Shown in pieces: positions 58,974-64,000 of a stretch of DNA of 64,000 nt. The stretch covers positions 64,001-128,000 of the forward strand of contig JAZDCZ010000254.1 of assembly GCA_036679605.1 (NCBI GenBank), read 5' to 3'. How positions within the stretch are numbered: position 1 is the first letter of the stretch; every line of letters starts with the position of its first letter. The notes under the pieces are model-generated. The model was not told the DNA's origin. It saw nothing but the letters and a program-made list of their open reading frames with translations, and did no database searches. A program made the position numbers and the translations under genes. The stretch is from Gemmatimonadota bacterium (GTDB taxonomy: Bacteria; Gemmatimonadota; Gemmatimonadetes; Gemmatimonadales; GWC2-71-9).

Positions 58974-59776
58974 TGACAGATCTCCAATTAGCGTTGCTCG
59001 CAATTTCGCTTGGCTGTGCTCCCCTCACTGCTCAATCGAGTGGAGCAACAACGATCGACTCCGGCGCTGCGACTGGGTTGTTTCCGGTGGGCGAGACGCT
59101 GCTCTACGAGGCGAAGTTCGGCCCGTTCAAGGTCGGCAACGGCATGATGCACGTCGCGGGCATAGACACCGTCCGGGGGGTACCTTCACTGCACGTCCTC
59201 TTCGTTCTGAGAGGCGGACCAATCTTCTACAGGTTGGACGACCGAATGGACTCATGGATCGGAATCCCAGACTTCAGTTCTCGTCGATTCGTCCAAGACT
59301 TCCACGAGGGAGGAAGTTACCGGCACACCGAGTGGGACATCTATCCCGACTCCGGCTACTATCGTCAGGACGGAATCGATTCTGTAATGGCGACCTCTGA
59401 GCTTCCACTCGATGACTACGCATTTTTCTATTTCATGCGAACTGTCGATCTCGAGGTTGGCGAGACCTACGAGTTCAACCGTTACTTCCGACCGGACCGC
59501 AATCCAGTGATTCTCAAGGTGCTCAAGAAGGACACTTTGGACTTACCTGCCGGCACCTTTCCCACCATAGTGGTTCACCCCATAATTCAGGGGCGAGGCA
59601 TACTGGCCGAGAGCAAAGAAGCAAGGATGTGGATTAGCGACGACGAACGGCACCTCATGGTCCAACTGCGGGTAAAGTTTTCGTCATTTGCGATCACGCT
59701 GCGCCTGACCGACATTGTCGAAGAGCCCCCCGCCGACATGTTGAAAGTGCCGACAGAGGGCTCTGGAGAAAACTAG
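58973..59776 (+). CDS. DUF3108-family exported protein
   Basis: GETLLYEAKFG..VG, LPAGTF, MWISDDERH; signal peptide. Confidence 0.8.
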   Translation: MTDLQLALLAISLGCAPLTAQSSGATTIDSGAATGLFPVGETLLYEAKFGPFKVGNGMMHVAGIDTVRGVPSLHVLFVLRGGPIFYRLDDRMDSWIGIPDFSSRRFVQDFHEGGSYRHTEWDIYPDSGYYRQDGIDSVMATSELPLDDYAFFYFMRTVDLEVGETYEFNRYFRPDRNPVILKVLKKDTLDLPAGTFPTIVVHPIIQGRGILAESKEARMWISDDERHLMVQLRVKFSSFAITLRLTDIVEEPPADMLKVPTEGSGEN

Positions 59777-59800
59777 ATAGCCCGGCGAGAACGACTAGAC

Positions 59801-60022
59801 CTAATCGGCCTCTTTCGGCTGGCCACGAATCGTCTCACGCATTCGACGTGCCGCCGACGGGCTCACAACTTTGAGAACGAGATAAAATACAAAGCCGATT
59901 GCGGCGAACCAAAGCAGCGACATAAACAGTGAGACCGCAAAACCTATCAGGCCAAGCACCAGCTTCAGAGCTACAATGCCGATGATAGCCACGATGGAAT
60001 ACCCTACTAATGTGCGAATCAT
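59801..60022 (-). CDS. Small membrane protein
   Basis: Long hydrophobic stretch with basic C-terminus; GGAGAGGA SD. Confidence 0.75.
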   Translation of the reverse strand: MIRTLVGYSIVAIIGIVALKLVLGLIGFAVSLFMSLLWFAAIGFVFYLVLKVVSPSAARRMRETIRGQPKEAD

Positions 60023-60097
60023 AGATCCTCTCCGGCTTTCCCATTTTCCAACAACTGTACGAACATATAGTTCACAAAGTTTCGACCTAAACCTGGC

Positions 60098-61207
60098 ATG
60101 TCGCTACCAGATATCCTAATTGTGGGTGGCGGCGTGATCGGCGTGGCCTGCGCTCGATCTCTTGCCCACCGCGGCCACACTGTAAACGTGATCGAACCCG
60201 GCCCCAAGACGGGTACGGCGTCACTCGCTGCCGCCGGCATGCTCGCTCCATTGGCCGAAGCCGTAGCCGAGGATCCATTGTTGGGCATGGGTGTTCGGGC
60301 CCGCGATCTCTACCACGATCTGGCGCCGGCGCTGCTGGAAGAGACGGCCATTGACATTGGCCTGTGGACAGAGGGAATTCTCCAAGTAACCTTCCGAAAA
60401 GTTGATGCGTCGGCAGTCAAGAACGAAGTCGCCTGGCAGCGTCAGAGTGGATTCCCGGCCGAATGGCTTTCGGCTGGAGAGCTACGTAAGCGCGCTCCTG
60501 GGATATCACAGGATGCTATCGGAGCGGCCCTGGCACCGGAAGATGGTGGCCTCGAACCTCTAGCACTCCTCGACGCTCTCACAAAGAGCGCCGAATCAAA
60601 GAATGCCACCATACTTCGTGGGGAAGTTGTAGAGGAAGTGCTGATTCGCGATGGTCGCGTTGATGGTGTCCGCACATCTTCTGAAACGCGTAGAGCCGGC
60701 GCCGTGATAATCGCCGCCGGTGCCTGGTCGGGACGCATCGCCGGGCTACCTCGACCGCTGTCCGTCGAACCGATCCGCGGGCAAATGGCTGCGCTCGACT
60801 GGCCGACCGACGAACCACGCGCGATCGTATACGGCGCCGGTGGGTACGTTATGCAGCGACGAGGTGAAGCGATAGTGGGAACAACGATGGAGTACGTCGG
60901 CTTCGACACGAGCGTAACGCCGACTGGATTGCGACACCTCTCCATGACCATGCGACGACTCTATCCCGCGCTCGAGGCCGTGGAGTTCAAACGAACCTGG
61001 AGCGGATTCAGACCCGGTACTCCCGACGGCCGACCCATCCTCGGACCCGACCCCGATGTCTCGGGGCTGTGGTACGCCACTGGGCATGGCAGGAACGGCA
61101 TCTTGCTGGCGGCGCTGTCAGGTGAGTTGCTCGCTCAGCTCTATGAGGGCGAGTCACCCGACCTCGATTTGTCAGCTGTCGATCCTGCCCGTTTCTGGGC
61201 TTCCTGA
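60098..61207 (+). CDS. thiO: Glycine oxidase ThiO / D-amino acid oxidase family
   Basis: IVGGGVIG, ASLAAAGML, PIRGQ, GFRPGTPD, TGHGRNGILL. Confidence 0.88.
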   Translation: MSLPDILIVGGGVIGVACARSLAHRGHTVNVIEPGPKTGTASLAAAGMLAPLAEAVAEDPLLGMGVRARDLYHDLAPALLEETAIDIGLWTEGILQVTFRKVDASAVKNEVAWQRQSGFPAEWLSAGELRKRAPGISQDAIGAALAPEDGGLEPLALLDALTKSAESKNATILRGEVVEEVLIRDGRVDGVRTSSETRRAGAVIIAAGAWSGRIAGLPRPLSVEPIRGQMAALDWPTDEPRAIVYGAGGYVMQRRGEAIVGTTMEYVGFDTSVTPTGLRHLSMTMRRLYPALEAVEFKRTWSGFRPGTPDGRPILGPDPDVSGLWYATGHGRNGILLAALSGELLAQLYEGESPDLDLSAVDPARFWAS

Positions 61208-61303
61208 GCTTCGCGCAAGCAGTTCCACTGGCTGTCAAACCATCCACAGTTTCAACCATTTGGTTGAGGAAACGCGCTAAGTGCCTAGAATAGGCCAACT
61301 CCC

Positions 61304-62236
61304 GTGACTATGTTTCGATCCATGGAGATCGTCCAGTTGACTTCGCGAGATCGCCAGCCGGGACCAACGGTTCAACAACGCAAGCCACACTGGCTCAAGG
61401 TCAAGGCACCGGGCGGCAAGAACTACGTCGAGATCAGGAAGCTGATGCGCGAGTTGCGCCTTCACACGGTGTGTGAGGAAGCGCGGTGCCCGAATGTAGG
61501 TGAATGCTGGCAACACCGAGCGGCGACATTCATGGTGTTGGGGGATGTTTGCACTCGTAATTGCGCCTATTGCGCCGTGGCACACGGCACCCCTGCCGAG
61601 TACGATCCGGAAGAGCCTGAGCGACTTGCAGAGGCCGTGATGAAGATGCGGCTCGAGCACGTCGTGATTACAAGCGTGGACCGGGACGACTTGCCCAACG
61701 GTGGTGCGGAAATCTTTGCGGGATGTGTGAGGGAGATCCGCAAACGACTGCCCGAGACATCAGTGGAGGTCTTGATCCCTGATTTCAAAGGATCGGATAG
61801 AGCGCTGGAAATTGTGCTCGAGTCGGAGCCCGCCATTCTGAACCACAACCTTGAGACCATAGAGCGCCTCTATCCAATAGTTCGTCCTGGAGGCCGGTAC
61901 CAACGCGCGCTCCGCTTGCTTCGCAGAGCAAAAGAGATTCATCCGAGTCAGCTCACTAAGTCGGGCATCATCTGTGGGATGGGCGAAGAATGGGACGAGC
62001 TGATTGGCGCGATGAGCGATTTGCGAGCGGCTGGCGTGGACATACTCACCTTGGGGCAATATCTGCGACCATCGCGTTCCCATTTAGCGGTGGCGCGGTA
62101 CTACACGCCGGACGAGTTCGCTCAGCTTGCCAATGAGGGTAACGACCTAGGATATCGCCATGTGGAGGCTGGACCTCTCGTAAGATCCTCGTATCACGCC
62201 TGGGATCAGGTACAACAGGCGACAGCCACCGCCTAG
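61304..62236 (+). CDS. lipA: Lipoyl synthase
   Basis: CEEARCPNVGEC, CTRNCAYC, TSVDRDDL, VRSSY. Confidence 0.97.
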   Translation: MTMFRSMEIVQLTSRDRQPGPTVQQRKPHWLKVKAPGGKNYVEIRKLMRELRLHTVCEEARCPNVGECWQHRAATFMVLGDVCTRNCAYCAVAHGTPAEYDPEEPERLAEAVMKMRLEHVVITSVDRDDLPNGGAEIFAGCVREIRKRLPETSVEVLIPDFKGSDRALEIVLESEPAILNHNLETIERLYPIVRPGGRYQRALRLLRRAKEIHPSQLTKSGIICGMGEEWDELIGAMSDLRAAGVDILTLGQYLRPSRSHLAVARYYTPDEFAQLANEGNDLGYRHVEAGPLVRSSYHAWDQVQQATATA

Positions 62237-62256
62237 CAAGGATGTCTGGAGACTAG

Positions 62257-63252
62257 ATGGCACAACCCGCAATGACAGCGCTGGACACTGAGCGACAGGA
62301 TTTTTATCAACAGCTCTTGAGGCAAATGCTGTTGATCCGCCGATTCGAAGAGCGAACCGGCGAAGCCTACGCTCAAGGACAGATCGGCGGCTTCTGTCAT
62401 CTCTATATCGGGCAAGAGGCAGTTGCGGTAGGATCGATGGCCGCACTACGCGAAGACGATTACGTAATGACGAGCTACCGCGATCATGGTCATGCTCTCG
62501 CTCGTGGTCTTTCGGCGCGAGAGGTCATGGCGGAACTGTGGGGCAAGGCCACTGGTTGTTCGCACGGCAAGGGTGGATCAATGCACCTATTCAGCGTTGA
62601 GCACAACTTTCTGGGGGGCCATGGGATCGTTGGTGGCCACATACCATTGATAACCGGGACGGCCTTCGCGATTAAGTATCGTGACACCGATCAAGTCGCG
62701 GTTTGCTACTTCGGAGAAGCCGCGGTTAACAACGGGGCGTTTCATGAGGCTCTAAACATGGCTGCCCTGTGGAAACTCCCTGCGATCTTCATCTGCGAAA
62801 ACAACCGCTATGGAATGGGCACTGCGCTGGAGCGCGCCTCTGCCGTATATGACGTGGCGACTCGCGCCTGCTCATATGATATGGAGGCAGTGACCATCGA
62901 TGGTATGGACGTACTAGCCGTGTACGGTGAGACGCAGAAGGCCGTCGATCGAGCTAGGACCGACAAACTGCCGACCCTTTTGGAGATTCGCACATATCGC
63001 TTCATGGGCCACTCGATGTCCGACCCTATTCACGGACACTATCGCACGAAAGACGAGATCGAGGAACAAAAGAAACGTGACCCACTTGTAACTTTTTATG
63101 AGCGTCTACGGTCTGATGGAGTCATCACTGAGAGCGAGTACAATGCCATGGAGCAGGAGATCACCGAAGAGGTGGCCGACGCCATAGTGTTTGCCGAGCA
63201 GAGCGCCGAACCAGCGCCCGAAAATCTCTACACCGACGTGTACGCAGACTAA
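62257..63252 (+). CDS. pdhA: Pyruvate dehydrogenase E1 alpha
   Basis: GGFCHLYIGQEA, GKGGSMH, ENNRYGMGT, TYRFMGHSMSDP. Confidence 0.96.
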   Translation: MAQPAMTALDTERQDFYQQLLRQMLLIRRFEERTGEAYAQGQIGGFCHLYIGQEAVAVGSMAALREDDYVMTSYRDHGHALARGLSAREVMAELWGKATGCSHGKGGSMHLFSVEHNFLGGHGIVGGHIPLITGTAFAIKYRDTDQVAVCYFGEAAVNNGAFHEALNMAALWKLPAIFICENNRYGMGTALERASAVYDVATRACSYDMEAVTIDGMDVLAVYGETQKAVDRARTDKLPTLLEIRTYRFMGHSMSDPIHGHYRTKDEIEEQKKRDPLVTFYERLRSDGVITESEYNAMEQEITEEVADAIVFAEQSAEPAPENLYTDVYAD

Positions 63253-64000
63253 ATGGCGACGATCACATACCGTGACGCCTTGAACCAAGCTCTTCGCGAG
63301 GAGATGCAACGAGATTCAGGCGTCTTCCTGATGGGCGAAGAAGTGGGAGTCTATCAAGGCGCCTACAAGGTCAGTCGAGGACTGCTCGAGGAATTCGGCG
63401 AAAAAAGGGTCGTAGACACGCCGATCACAGAACTCGGATTCGCCGGAGTCGGTGTCGGTGCAGCGATGGCGGGACTGCGACCGATCATCGAGTTCATGAC
63501 CTTCAATTTCGCGCTCCTTGCCCTAGACCAGATAGTCAACTCGGCCGCAAAGATGCTGTACATGTCTGGTGGACAGATTCCAGTACCCATCGTATTCCGC
63601 GGCCCGAGTGGCAGCGCACTCCAGCTCGCTGCTCAGCATTCACAGGCATTCGAGAGCTGGTACGCCCATATCCCCGGACTGAAAGTCGTAACACCAGCGA
63701 CACCGTACGACGCAAAAGGACTCTTGAAGTCCGCCATCCGCGATAATAACCCGGTCGTTTTCATCGAAGGTGAAATGATGTATAACGCCAAGGGTGATGT
63801 GCCGGAGGAAGATTATGCGATACCGTTGGGAAAGGCCGACATAAAAAAAGAGGGAACCGATGTGACAATCGTCTGTCACGGCAAGACGGTTCCTGTTGCC
63901 CTCAAGGCTGCTCAGCAACTTTCCGAGCAACTGGATCTTTCTGCCGAGGTCGTCGACCTGCGCACGGTTAGGCCGCTAGACGAAGAGACGTTGATTAGAA
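63253..64000 (+). CDS. pdhB: Pyruvate dehydrogenase E1 beta, runs off the window
   Basis: [18 protein letters not shown]..., [28 protein letters not shown]; absent from the track because no stop lies in the window. Confidence 0.95.
   Translation, partial: MATITYRDALNQALREEMQRDSGVFLMGEEVGVYQGAYKVSRGLLEEFGEKRVVDTPITELGFAGVGVGAAMAGLRPIIEFMTFNFALLALDQIVNSAAKMLYMSGGQIPVPIVFRGPSGSALQLAAQHSQAFESWYAHIPGLKVVTPATPYDAKGLLKSAIRDNNPVVFIEGEMMYNAKGDVPEEDYAIPLGKADIKKEGTDVTIVCHGKTVPVALKAAQQLSEQLDLSAEVVDLRTVRPLDEETLIR

Overview
Bacterial chromosomal window, most likely Gemmatimonadota-like (inferred from gene repertoire, not verified). The left ~8.5 kb looks accessory: two PadR + orphan MacB/FtsX-type permease (ADOP) modules alternate with two HTH + nucleotidyltransferase (type IV TA-like) pairs. 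The rest is mostly housekeeping: peptidases (S9, M23, M55, PepP, DmpA), tesA-ybbA-ybbP, pdp, fadD, folE, HU, tdk, coaE, gcvH/gcvP, a lipoate ligase, an Opp/Dpp transporter, thiO, lipA and pdhAB. Main observations: (1) a PrdB-like selenoprotein, split in the ORF track by an in-frame UGA (UxxC motif, SECIS-like hairpin), with no PrdA in the window; (2) a complete archaeal-style nurA-herA-mre11-rad50 cluster interrupted by two secreted paralogs and ending in a GNAT, with nurA apparently starting at CTG; (3) two recently duplicated ADOP genes with conserved membrane segments, diverged extracytoplasmic loops and a swapped PadR + N-terminal domain module; (4) a degenerate DEAD-box protein with a DbpA domain; (5) two small ORFs below the track cutoff, a GTAG-type REP and several leaderless promoters. 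I found no rRNA, tRNA, CRISPR array or transposase. All calls were made by eye; no searches were run.
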